Positions 55,005 to 63,863 of a DNA stretch of 64,000 nucleotides are shown here, piece after piece (positions within the stretch are counted from its first letter, which is position 1; the number at the start of each line of letters is the position of its first letter). The DNA is from an uncultured Bacilli bacterium (GTDB taxonomy: Bacteria; Bacillota_I; Bacilli_A; RF39; UBA660), in assembly GCA_947588765.1 (NCBI GenBank), contig CANPZG010000002.1:9794-73793 (forward strand), given 5' to 3'. The position numbers and the translations under genes are program-made. The notes beneath the pieces are model-generated. The model had not been told where the DNA came from, did no database searches, and worked only from the letters and a program-made list of their open reading frames with translations.

Positions 55005-56960
55005 ATGATTAAGATGAAAAAAAATAATATTTTTATTTATCAATTAGTCATTATTTTTTTTCTAATTGCGAGTTTGCGATTAGTTTATTTAAATATGGTG
55101 GAAAAACCAACATTTAAAGAAAAATTAATTGCCAAAACGGAAATTATTGTTAATGGTTCTTCAGCTCCTAGAGGAAGAATTATTGATACTACTGGTAAAA
55201 TTATTGTGGATAATAAAGGAATTAATACAATTTATTATAATAAAATAAAAGGAATATCTTTAAAAGAAGAGTTAGATATTGCTTTACGTTTGGCTAGTAT
55301 CATAGATATAAAAAAAGATAATATTGAGGCTTTAAAAAAGTATTGGTTAATATTGCATAATAACGGTAAAAGTTTAATTACGGATGAAGAATATGAACTT
55401 TTAAGGATGCGAAAATTAACTATTGATGAAATAAATCAAAAAATAGATGAAAGAATCCCTTTGGAAGATTTAGAGGATCTAAGTGATATCGAAAAAGAAC
55501 AAGCTAATATATATTATTTAATGAATAATGGTTTTACTTATCAAAAAAAGTTAATTTTAAATAACCCATCAGATGAAGCGATAGCTAAAATTGTCGAAGA
55601 AGAAATACCCGGCATAACTATTGAAGTAAATTGGGAAAGAGAATATTTATATGGTAATGTCATGAGATCTATTTTAGGTAGTATTGGTAGTATTCCGGTT
55701 GAAGAAAAGGATGAATATTTAAAAAATGGTTATGAATTAACGGATATTGTGGGTAGAAGTTATTTAGAAAAAGAATATGAAGATTATCTAAAGGGCGAAA
55801 AAGGCATATACAAAGTAAATAAAGATAATACTTTAACTTTAATTAAAGAACCTAAAAAAGGTAATGATTTAGTTTTAAATATTGATATTGAATTACAAGA
55901 AAAGATAGAAGAAATACTAAAAGATAAAATTTTATTTGGAAAAAAGAATTATGCCAATACGGAATATTATAAAGAAAGTTATGCTTTAGTTAGTAATCCT
56001 TTAACGGGGGATATTTTAGCCATGGCCGGACAAAGATTAAATGATGATGGTTCTTTTTCGGATGTTGCCACCAATAATATTACAAATACTTTTACAATTG
56101 GAAGTGCCGTTAAAGGGGCAACTATTGGGGTGGGTTATAAATATAATTTAATTGAAGCTGGCAAATATATCACGGATGGTTGTGTTAAGTTATATTTTGT
56201 TCCGGCGAAGTGTTCCCATAAAAGATTAGGTAGAATTAATGATTTAGATGCTTTAGCGAAATCTAGCAATTATTTTCAATTTTTAATTGCCATCAATTTA
56301 ACGGGTAATAAATATAAACCAAATATGCAGTTAAATGCGACGGAAGAACATTTTAATATCTACCGTGATATGTTAGCATCATTCGGCCTAGGTGCTAAAA
56401 CTAATATTGATTTACCTAATGAAGTTGAAGGAATTAAAGGTTCTGAAATCGCTGATGATTTACTTCTTAATTTAAGTATTGGTCAGTATGATACTTATAC
56501 CCCAGTTGAAGTCATTCAATATGTTAATAGTGTGGCCAGTGGTAAGAGAATGAATTTAAATGTTATGCAAAAAATTATGGATAACGATGATATTGTTAAA
56601 GAAAGAGATGTTAACGTTTTAAATGAAGTTGATTTAAATAATGAATACTTAGATAGAATTAGATTAGGGATGAATAAAGTATTATTGGAAGGTACTGGTA
56701 AAGGTTATGTACCGGTAGAATTAAAACCCGTGGGTAAAACGGGAACTAGTGAAACTTTTATTGATGCCAATAATGATGGAAAAATGGATGCAGCGACTAT
56801 TACATCCACTTTCGTGGGCTTTTTCCCTAAGGATAATCCCAAATATAGTGTTGTAGTCATAACTCCTAATATATCACATAAAAACGGGGTAAATGATACT
56901 ATGTATTTTGGGGCTAGAAGAATAACTAATGAAATAACTACTTATTTAGCTAATAAATAA
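55005..56960 (+). CDS. Class B penicillin-binding protein (PBP2/MrdA-like)
   Basis: N-terminal TM, then SAVK, SSN and KTGTSE motifs. Confidence 0.88.
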   Translation: MIKMKKNNIFIYQLVIIFFLIASLRLVYLNMVEKPTFKEKLIAKTEIIVNGSSAPRGRIIDTTGKIIVDNKGINTIYYNKIKGISLKEELDIALRLASIIDIKKDNIEALKKYWLILHNNGKSLITDEEYELLRMRKLTIDEINQKIDERIPLEDLEDLSDIEKEQANIYYLMNNGFTYQKKLILNNPSDEAIAKIVEEEIPGITIEVNWEREYLYGNVMRSILGSIGSIPVEEKDEYLKNGYELTDIVGRSYLEKEYEDYLKGEKGIYKVNKDNTLTLIKEPKKGNDLVLNIDIELQEKIEEILKDKILFGKKNYANTEYYKESYALVSNPLTGDILAMAGQRLNDDGSFSDVATNNITNTFTIGSAVKGATIGVGYKYNLIEAGKYITDGCVKLYFVPAKCSHKRLGRINDLDALAKSSNYFQFLIAINLTGNKYKPNMQLNATEEHFNIYRDMLASFGLGAKTNIDLPNEVEGIKGSEIADDLLLNLSIGQYDTYTPVEVIQYVNSVASGKRMNLNVMQKIMDNDDIVKERDVNVLNEVDLNNEYLDRIRLGMNKVLLEGTGKGYVPVELKPVGKTGTSETFIDANNDGKMDAATITSTFVGFFPKDNPKYSVVVITPNISHKNGVNDTMYFGARRITNEITTYLANK

Positions 56961-57071
56961 CTAAAATTACGAAATTATTAATATATTTTAGAAGAATAGT
57001 TACTTTTTTGTTTGAAAAAATAGAAAAGTTTGGTATAATGGTTAAGAAATCAATGCGGAGGAGGGAAATTT

Positions 57072-57236
57072 ATGGCTAAAAAAGAAAATCGTGTTCGTGC
57101 ACAAATGAAATGCCCTAACTGTGGTTTTGAAATACGTCCGACAGAAAAAAATAAGAAAAATACAGCTGATCGTTTAGAACTAAATAAATATTGTCCTAAA
57201 TGTCAAAAAACTGTTACATTTAAAGAAAAGAAATAG
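57072..57236 (+). CDS. rpmG: 50S ribosomal protein L33 (zinc-ribbon form)
   Basis: Not in the ORF track. MAKKENRVRAQMKCPNCGFEIRPTEKNKKNTADRLELNKYCPKCQKTVTFKEKK, behind GGAGGAGGG. Confidence 0.88.
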   Translation: MAKKENRVRAQMKCPNCGFEIRPTEKNKKNTADRLELNKYCPKCQKTVTFKEKK

Positions 57237-57249
57237 AAGGTGAGTTTAG

Positions 57250-57810
57250 ATGGATATCAATATTAATGATATAAAAAATGGAATGACTATCATTATTGAT
57301 GGTAATTTATGTAATATTGTGGAATTTCAACATGTTAAACCTGGTAAAGGTCCAGCTTTTGTTAGAATTAAATTAAAGAATTTAAGAACTGGTTCGATAG
57401 TTGAAAATACTTATAATACGAATATTAAAATAACTAGAGCTCATGTTGATAAAGTAAAAGCTCAATATTTATATAGTCAAGGTACTGATTATGTTTTCAT
57501 GGATTCAAATACTTATGAACAAATTGAAATTCCTACTTCGACATTAGGTAATAGTGTCAACTTTATTAAAGAAGGAATGGAAATTGACATTGATTCTTAT
57601 GAAGGCGAAATAATTGGTATTACTTTACCAGAAAAAGTAGAATATGAAGTTATTGAAACTGAACCAGCAGTAAAAGGTAATACCGCAACTAATGCTACTA
57701 AAGATGCTAAAATTGAAACTGGTTATACTGTTAAAGTTCCTTTATTTATTAATGAAGGTGAAAGAATAGTTATTTCTACTAAAGATGGTAAATATTCAAG
57801 TAGAGCATAA
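57250..57810 (+). CDS. efp: Elongation factor P
   Basis: 186 aa. FQHVKPGKGPAFVRIKLKNLRTG is the typical EF-P loop. Confidence 0.96.
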   Translation: MDININDIKNGMTIIIDGNLCNIVEFQHVKPGKGPAFVRIKLKNLRTGSIVENTYNTNIKITRAHVDKVKAQYLYSQGTDYVFMDSNTYEQIEIPTSTLGNSVNFIKEGMEIDIDSYEGEIIGITLPEKVEYEVIETEPAVKGNTATNATKDAKIETGYTVKVPLFINEGERIVISTKDGKYSSRA

Positions 57811-57991
57811 GTAAACTAAGAATTTTTCTTAGTTTTTTAAGTTGTAAATTGTCATGTATTTGACAATTTATTTTTTTAATATTTACATAAAAATTTTTTA
57901 AAAAAATTAACATTTATTACACAGTTCGACAAATTTTTTAAGATGGATGTGTTATAGTTATCATGTTTCTTTATATGAAGGGGGTGAAAAC

Positions 57992-58834
57992 ATGATAACA
58001 GAAACACTAGTTCCAACTTCTTTAGCTAATGATCTTTTATTTAAGGAAGTATTATCTCATCCTGATAATCGAGATAAATTAATTTATTTTTTATCTGTCT
58101 TAATGGACCTTAGTGAAGATTATCTAAAGAATAATTTCAAGAAAGTATTATACGAAAGTATTCTTTTAAAAACTAAGGTAAAAGATAAAGCGTATCGAGG
58201 CGATGTAGTAATTGAATTAAATAATTTAAAAATAAATTTAGAATGTTATTCAATCTTTGATAAAGCATCATTTATAAAATCATTATCCTATGTGCTTAGA
58301 ATATATTCAACAGGTATGGAAAGAGGAGATAAAGAATATAGTAAGATGGATAAAGTTATAGGAATAAATATAATAGATAATGTAAATTATGACTTTATGG
58401 AAGAAAAGGATTATTCAAAAGTAAAATTAGTATATGAAAAAAAGACAATTACTAACACCATAGAACTTGAATTTTATCGCCTTGACAAAATAAGGAATAA
58501 AACCTATAATGAAAGTGATAAAAAGATGCAATGGTTGAAGTTTATAGGAGCAAAGGACTATGAAGAAAGAAAGACCATAGCCAAGGGGGATGAGAGATTA
58601 ATGGAACTAAATGAATGGGTGGAAGCCTATATAAATGATGAACATACCAAAGAAGTGTATGGAAAATGGGCGGAAGAAATAGCCTTAAATAAAGGGATAA
58701 GAGTTGGAATAAAAGATACTACAAATTCAATAGCTAGAGAAATGATAAGAAATAGTTATTCAAATGAAGAAATTCAAAAAATAACTAAATTATCAATAAA
58801 AGAAATAAATGAACTTAAAGAAGAAATGAAATAA
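57992..58834 (+). CDS. Rpn-family PD-(D/E)XK recombination-promoting nuclease / putative transposase
   Basis: ATG 57992 sits behind GGGGGTG. DLLFKEVLSHPDN..., RGDVVIELNNLKINLECYS core and a C-terminal IAREMIRNSYSNEEIQKITKLSIKEI repeat. Confidence 0.75.
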   Translation: MITETLVPTSLANDLLFKEVLSHPDNRDKLIYFLSVLMDLSEDYLKNNFKKVLYESILLKTKVKDKAYRGDVVIELNNLKINLECYSIFDKASFIKSLSYVLRIYSTGMERGDKEYSKMDKVIGINIIDNVNYDFMEEKDYSKVKLVYEKKTITNTIELEFYRLDKIRNKTYNESDKKMQWLKFIGAKDYEERKTIAKGDERLMELNEWVEAYINDEHTKEVYGKWAEEIALNKGIRVGIKDTTNSIAREMIRNSYSNEEIQKITKLSIKEINELKEEMK

Positions 58835-58975
58835 TAATCATTTCTTTTTCTTTACATAAAAATATATTGTTTACAGTAAAATAAAATTATAAGACATTTT
58901 TATACATTTTCAAAATATTTTAATTTTGAAATTATTCGTTTGACAAAATTAACCAAAAATTTTTTATGAAAATAG

Positions 58976-59005
58976 TTGACTTTTTTTTTTTTTTTTTGAT
59001 AGTAT
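58976..59005 (+). promoter_or_regulatory. Promoter with T17 homopolymer in the -35/-10 spacer
   Basis: TTGACT (58976-58981), T-run 58981-58997 (17 T), extended -10 TGATAGTAT (58997-59005). The spacer is 18 nt. Confidence 0.6.
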
Positions 59006-59036
59006 GGGACTTGGAAAGGAGAGAATAAGAGGAAAT

Positions 59037-60839
59037 ATGAAAAATTTAAAGAAAATTGTATTTGGTTTACTAGCTATGCTAGTAATGGTTACGAGTGTTA
59101 ATGCTGCTGAAGTTAAAGGACCTAACGCAGTTGAATTAAAAAAATGTTTAAAGGGAACCGATGAAGTATGTACTTTAACAGAAGATATTACAGCAACAGG
59201 TTTTGTAAATGTTGAAAGAGATGTTACTATTGATTTAAATACGCATATCTTTACAATTAAAGATGATGTAGATCTTCAAGTTGATGCAGGTGTAACTTTA
59301 AATTTAAAAAATGGTACTTTAGTTCAAGAATCATCTGATTCTTATGCAGTTGAAGTATTTGGTAATATTGTAACTAGTAATTTAAAAATCAATGTTACTG
59401 GCGAATCAACTGATGGTGAAGGAGATACTGCTGCTATTTGGTTAAGAGGTGATGCTACAGATATCGCAACAGCTACAATTAGTGAAGATACAGAAATAAC
59501 AGTACCTCATGGTAATGGGTTAGCTTTCTCTGATCATATTAATGCAACTTTGAATGGAAAATGGGAAACATATTATTCTACAATTTATGCTGATGGTGCA
59601 AATAGTACAAGCAATGTAACAATTAATGGTGGTAATTATATCTCTACTAATGCTAATGCATTAAAGATTATAAAAGGAAATTGGACTATTAACAACGGTG
59701 TATTTACATCTAAAATTGATGATGCTGTTAATATAAGCGCAATCCCTAAAAAAGCAGAAAATTTATCTGTAATAATTAATGATGGTACATTTATTACTAA
59801 TGATTACTATCATAAACCAATTCATTCAGGAGCATTAGATGGATCAGAAGCATTAGAAGGATTTATATATGGTGGAATATATGAAACTCCAAATACTGGA
59901 TTAATAGATAAATATATTGCTGAAGGATATACATATATTACTACTTCTGAAAAAGATGTTACTCCAATAGTACAAAAAGTTGTTAAACCAATAAGTATTA
60001 TTGTTGAAAACGTAAATGATCCTGTTGAAAAATCAGATTTACAAAAGACATATTCTTATGATGCTACAGGAGCAAATACTAAATTAAAACAACTTTACTC
60101 TGGTAATACAATAAACTTAGATGAATTTTTAGGTATTCGTGCTTTAGATAATAAATATTATAAAGATTATACAGCAATAATAACTATAAAAGAAACCGGA
60201 GAAAAATTTTATACTAAGTTATATACAAACTATAATGCAGGGGGAATGTTTGGCTCTTATGTAATAGGACCAGATGATGCAGATAATTCATTTGTATTAC
60301 CTAAAGAAGATGTTACTGTAACAATTGAATTTGTAAAAACAGAAACTTTAAAACCACATACAGTTGAAGTTGCTGCAGATATAATAAATGGTAAAGTTTC
60401 AGTTGGAGGTAAAACTGAAGCTAATGAAGGAGAAATAATAAATATTACTGTAACTCCTAATGAAGGCTATGAAGTAAGTAAGGTTTTCGTAAATGGTGTT
60501 GAAATAACAGCTAACGAAGATGGAACTTATAGTTATGTAATGGGAGTAGAAAATATTGTAGTTTCTGCAGAATTTAAAAAAGTTGAAACACCAGTTCAAC
60601 CTCAAAACCCTACTGGAGATGGTAGTGAAACCGAATCTGGAAAAGGTGATGAAAATAATAATACTGGATCAACTAATGAAAATGAAAAACCAAATCAAAA
60701 TACAACAGAAAATAAACCAGCTGATGAAGTAATTGATAAAAATTCACCAACATTAGATAGTATTGTAAGCATCGTAACCCTTGCAATCTCAAGCTTAGGA
60801 ACAGCTGGATACTCAATTAAGAAATTTATTAGAAAATAA
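59037..60839 (+). CDS. Surface protein 1: signal peptide, beta-helix-like body, InlB-B-repeat-like domain, C-terminal anchor
   Basis: Real start is MKNLKKIVFGLLAMLVMVTSVNA behind AAGAGGA (the ORF-track start at 59004 lies in the promoter/5' UTR). Ends TLDSIVSIVTLAISSLGTAGYSIKKFIRK. Confidence 0.8.
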   Translation: MKNLKKIVFGLLAMLVMVTSVNAAEVKGPNAVELKKCLKGTDEVCTLTEDITATGFVNVERDVTIDLNTHIFTIKDDVDLQVDAGVTLNLKNGTLVQESSDSYAVEVFGNIVTSNLKINVTGESTDGEGDTAAIWLRGDATDIATATISEDTEITVPHGNGLAFSDHINATLNGKWETYYSTIYADGANSTSNVTINGGNYISTNANALKIIKGNWTINNGVFTSKIDDAVNISAIPKKAENLSVIINDGTFITNDYYHKPIHSGALDGSEALEGFIYGGIYETPNTGLIDKYIAEGYTYITTSEKDVTPIVQKVVKPISIIVENVNDPVEKSDLQKTYSYDATGANTKLKQLYSGNTINLDEFLGIRALDNKYYKDYTAIITIKETGEKFYTKLYTNYNAGGMFGSYVIGPDDADNSFVLPKEDVTVTIEFVKTETLKPHTVEVAADIINGKVSVGGKTEANEGEIINITVTPNEGYEVSKVFVNGVEITANEDGTYSYVMGVENIVVSAEFKKVETPVQPQNPTGDGSETESGKGDENNNTGSTNENEKPNQNTTENKPADEVIDKNSPTLDSIVSIVTLAISSLGTAGYSIKKFIRK

Positions 60840-60866
60840 TAAATTTAGAAATTTCCAAATTTCTCG

Positions 60867-60903
60867 AAAACGCTGATATCCCAAATACAGCGTTTTTCTT
60901 TTG
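60867..60903 (+). terminator. Terminator of surface protein gene 1
   Basis: AAAACGCTG (60867-60875) / CAGCGTTTT (60888-60896) followed by a T-run. Identical copy at 63671-63707. Confidence 0.8.
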
Positions 60904-60922
60904 TGTTAAAAAGTTTTTATAT

Positions 60923-60956
60923 AAATGTTGACTTTTTCAACATTTATGCATATACT
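60923..60956 (+). promoter_or_regulatory. XRE-gene promoter overlapped by a perfect 9-bp inverted repeat (candidate operator)
   Basis: AAATGTTGA (60923-60931), 5 nt, TCAACATTT (60937-60945). -35 TTGACT (60928-60933), 17 nt, -10 TATACT (60951-60956). Confidence 0.6.
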
Positions 60957-60989
60957 AATAGTGGAAAAATTATTACTGGAGGTGAGCAA

Positions 60990-61319
60990 ATGAAAGAAGT
61001 AAACTATGAAAAAATTGGTATGAGGTTAAGAAAAGCCAGAGAATACCTTGAGTTAACTCAAGAACAGGTAGCAAATATTTTAAATATTGGTAGAGATGCA
61101 ATTATAAGAATCGAAAAAGGAACACGAAAAGTTAGTGCTGATGAATTAAATAATTTTTCTCGTTTATATAAAATTAGTATGGACGAAATTATGGCAGAAA
61201 AGCCATATATTTCTAATGAACAAGCATATGCAAGGGGATTTAAAAAACTAAGTTTGAAAGATCAAAAAGAAATACTTGATTTGATAAAGTTAAAAAATGA
61301 GTATAGAAAGAATAAATAA
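60990..61319 (+). CDS. XRE-family helix-turn-helix transcriptional regulator
   Basis: IGMRLRKAREYLELTQEQVANILNIGRDAIIRIEKGTRKVSADEL is a canonical HTH_3. ATG 60990 sits behind GGAGGTG. Confidence 0.88.
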   Translation: MKEVNYEKIGMRLRKAREYLELTQEQVANILNIGRDAIIRIEKGTRKVSADELNNFSRLYKISMDEIMAEKPYISNEQAYARGFKKLSLKDQKEILDLIKLKNEYRKNK

Positions 61320-61413
61320 TTCAATTTATGTATAAATAAGTATAAGAAATGGAAAAAATAAATCTATTTCTTTTTGTTTGACAAAAATTGCAAAACTATT
61401 TTTATAAAAATAG

Positions 61414-61443
61414 TTGACTTTTTTTTTTTTTTTTTGATAGTAT
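61414..61443 (+). promoter_or_regulatory. Promoter with T17 homopolymer in the -35/-10 spacer (copy 2)
   Basis: TTGACT (61414-61419), T-run 61419-61435 (17 T), TGATAGTAT (61435-61443). Offset of exactly 2438 nt from copy 1. Confidence 0.6.
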
Positions 61444-61474
61444 GGGACTTGGAAAGGAGAGAATAAGAGGAAAT

Positions 61475-63643
61475 ATGAAAAATTTGAAAAAAATTGTATT
61501 TGGTTTACTAGCTATGCTAGTAATGGTTACGAGTGTTAGTGCTGAAGATTTAACAGCAATGCCTACTCCTGATGAAAATGGAGTTATTAAATTAGAAAGT
61601 AATGTAAATTTAAGTCAAACTTATGTAATTGAATCATATGTAACAATTACTATTGATTTGAATGGTCATACGATTACTGGTCCTACAAGTGGATATGCTA
61701 TTAATAATAAAGGTACATTAACAATTCAAGATACTGCTGAAACAAAAGGATTAATTACTTGTACAACTGAAGAAAATCAAAATTCATGCATTAGAAATGC
61801 TAAAAAATTAGTTGTTGATGGTGCAAAAGTAAATAGTGCAAAATTTGTTGCATTAAAAAATGAATCAACTGGTACAATGACTGTTAGAAATCAATCCGTT
61901 ATTTCTTCAGGGGTAGATAATTCTACAATAAAAGGTAATACTGCAACTATCTTTAATTTAGGTGATTTAACTATTGATAATAGTAAAGTAGAATCAACTG
62001 GTAGTCAAGGTGTAGCAGTAATGAGTTTGGATTATCCTGGACCTGAAGAAGGTGAAGGTAATGCAACAGCTACTATTACAAATAGTACTATAACTGCTAC
62101 AGGTTCTAAGAGTGTTGCCATCAATTCAACTAATGGTGGTGAAATGAAGGTTGAAAACTCTACTGTAGATTCCGTTGCTGCAAGTGGAAATGGAAGTGCA
62201 ATAATTAAAGATTCTACAATTAATGGTAGTGTTGCTGGTCCCGATAAGGATGTTGCTTTAGAAGGCGATATTAAAACTAAATATGTTGCAGTTGTTAAAT
62301 ATGCTAAAGAAAATTCAAAAATAGAATTAACTGCAAATGATAGTATTAATAATGATACAACTGTCGTACCTGAAGGAGTTACTTTAGTTATACCAAAAGG
62401 AATAAGTTTATCATTAGATCATAAAAAAGTATTTGGTTTAATGAAAAATGGAACACTTACAGTTAATGGTACGATTGAAGGTGAACTTGGTGCAGTAGCT
62501 TATAATGAAGAAACTGGTACTTATTATGCAACTTTAGAAAGAGCAATAGAAGATGCCAAGGATGGAGAAACTATTACAGTTTTGAAAGAATCTGAAGAAA
62601 CATATGATTATTTAACTTTAGATGAAAATTTTAAACCTGTTGGTAATAATAATGATGCTATTGAAATATTAGCTAAAAATGTTACTTTAAATCTTAATGG
62701 TCATAAAGTTGATGCAAATATTTTAGTTAATGCAGAAAAATCAATGACTATTGTTGATGAAGCTGGTAGAGGGGAATATAATGGTTCTCTTACAAATAAT
62801 GGTGAATTAACACTTGCTTCTGGATATTTTGCAAAACTTCCAGTAACTGGTGAAAATGCTACAACTAATTTAGTTGGTGGTACATTCCCAGCAAATCAAG
62901 TGTCTGAAGATTTATTACCTGAAGGTAAAGAATTATCTAAAAATACAGATGGTACTGTTTCAATAGTTGATTCAAAAACTAATGAACCAGCAGATACACC
63001 TCAAGATAAGCCTACTGGTGAAGGTGATGGTAATGAAGAAACTGAATCAACAACTGAAGTAAAAGTAGAAGAAACTGAAGGTACTAAAGAAGTAACATTA
63101 TCAACTGAAGCTAATGATGTATTAAGAGATTCTTTAGCTAAAACAGAAGATAAAGAACTACAAGAATTTTTAGCAAATAATAATGTAACTGTACATTTAG
63201 AATCTAATAAAGTTGCTAGAGAAAATGTTGCAAAAGATGTAGTAGCAAAATTTGAAAGTGTTATAAAAGGTGCAACTGTAGCTGAATACTTTGATTTAGA
63301 TATTCTAGTTACAGCAGAAGGACAAGATGTTCATTATCTAAAAGAATTAAGTAAACCAATAACACTAACAGTTGATCTACCAAAATTACCAGAAGTAGCT
63401 AAAGGATATACAAGAACATACTATATCCTAAGAGAACATGATGGTAAAGTAGAAAAACTAGATGCAACATTAACAGAAGATGGTAAATTATCATTTGCCA
63501 CAGATAAATTCTCAAAATATGCAATAGCATATGAAGATGTAAAAAACCCAGGTACATTAGATAGTATTGTAAGTATCGTAACCCTTGCAATATCAAGTTT
63601 AGGTACAGCCGGATACTCAATTAAGAAATTTATTAGAAAATAA
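61475..63643 (+). CDS. Surface protein 2: same signal peptide and anchor as protein 1, different beta-helix-like body
   Basis: MKNLKKIVFGLLAMLVMVTSVSA... The body is rich in N/T/G repeats (NSTITATGS, VENSTVDS). Same C-terminal TLDSIVSIVTLAISSLGTAGYSIKKFIRK. Confidence 0.8.
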   Translation: MKNLKKIVFGLLAMLVMVTSVSAEDLTAMPTPDENGVIKLESNVNLSQTYVIESYVTITIDLNGHTITGPTSGYAINNKGTLTIQDTAETKGLITCTTEENQNSCIRNAKKLVVDGAKVNSAKFVALKNESTGTMTVRNQSVISSGVDNSTIKGNTATIFNLGDLTIDNSKVESTGSQGVAVMSLDYPGPEEGEGNATATITNSTITATGSKSVAINSTNGGEMKVENSTVDSVAASGNGSAIIKDSTINGSVAGPDKDVALEGDIKTKYVAVVKYAKENSKIELTANDSINNDTTVVPEGVTLVIPKGISLSLDHKKVFGLMKNGTLTVNGTIEGELGAVAYNEETGTYYATLERAIEDAKDGETITVLKESEETYDYLTLDENFKPVGNNNDAIEILAKNVTLNLNGHKVDANILVNAEKSMTIVDEAGRGEYNGSLTNNGELTLASGYFAKLPVTGENATTNLVGGTFPANQVSEDLLPEGKELSKNTDGTVSIVDSKTNEPADTPQDKPTGEGDGNEETESTTEVKVEETEGTKEVTLSTEANDVLRDSLAKTEDKELQEFLANNNVTVHLESNKVARENVAKDVVAKFESVIKGATVAEYFDLDILVTAEGQDVHYLKELSKPITLTVDLPKLPEVAKGYTRTYYILREHDGKVEKLDATLTEDGKLSFATDKFSKYAIAYEDVKNPGTLDSIVSIVTLAISSLGTAGYSIKKFIRK

Positions 63644-63670
63644 TAAATTTAGAAATTTCCAAATTTCTCG

Positions 63671-63707
63671 AAAACGCTGATATCCCAAATACAGCGTTTT
63701 TCTTTTG
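63671..63707 (+). terminator. Terminator of surface protein gene 2
   Basis: AAAACGCTG / CAGCGTTTT followed by a T-run; duplicate of 60867-60903. Confidence 0.8.
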
Positions 63708-63796
63708 CTTAAAAATAGTTCTGTTTACAAAATAGAAAAAATATTTAGCAAAAAATTTATTGCTATTTTGTGATTTAATGGTAAAGGAGTAATTAA

Positions 63797-63844
63797 ATTT
63801 ATATAGACATTTATATAGACATTTATATAGACATTTGCTATAAT
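63797..63844 (+). repeat. Three perfect 12-nt tandem repeats (ATTTATATAGAC) plus a degenerate fourth unit carrying the -10
   Basis: Units at 63797-63808, 63809-63820 and 63821-63832. Then ATTTGCTATAAT (63833-63844), which contains the extended -10 TGCTATAAT. Confidence 0.9.
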
Positions 63845-63863
63845 TTATTCAAGAGGGTGAATC

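Noticed and set aside
59004-59036. The ORF-track starts MGLGKERIRGN... for both surface proteins (59004 and 61442).
   Set aside because: The ATG lies within the -10/5' UTR (TAGTATGGG). A strong RBS (AAGAGGA) precedes the internal ATG that begins a canonical signal peptide (MKNLKK...). CDS starts were moved to 59037 and 61475.
329-63620. About 27 short antisense or overlapping ORFs in the track, for example 329..532, 998..1501, 2559..2756, 4646..5101, 10475..10786, 15501..15992, 23464..24276, 26874..27161, 27380..28471, 37191..37988, 45546..45764, 48987..49265, 54166..54396, 60399..60605 and 63399..63620.
   Set aside because: All lie inside or opposite well-supported longer CDSs. They have low-complexity Leu/Ile/Phe/Tyr-rich translations typical of shadow frames in AT-rich DNA, and they lack RBSs.
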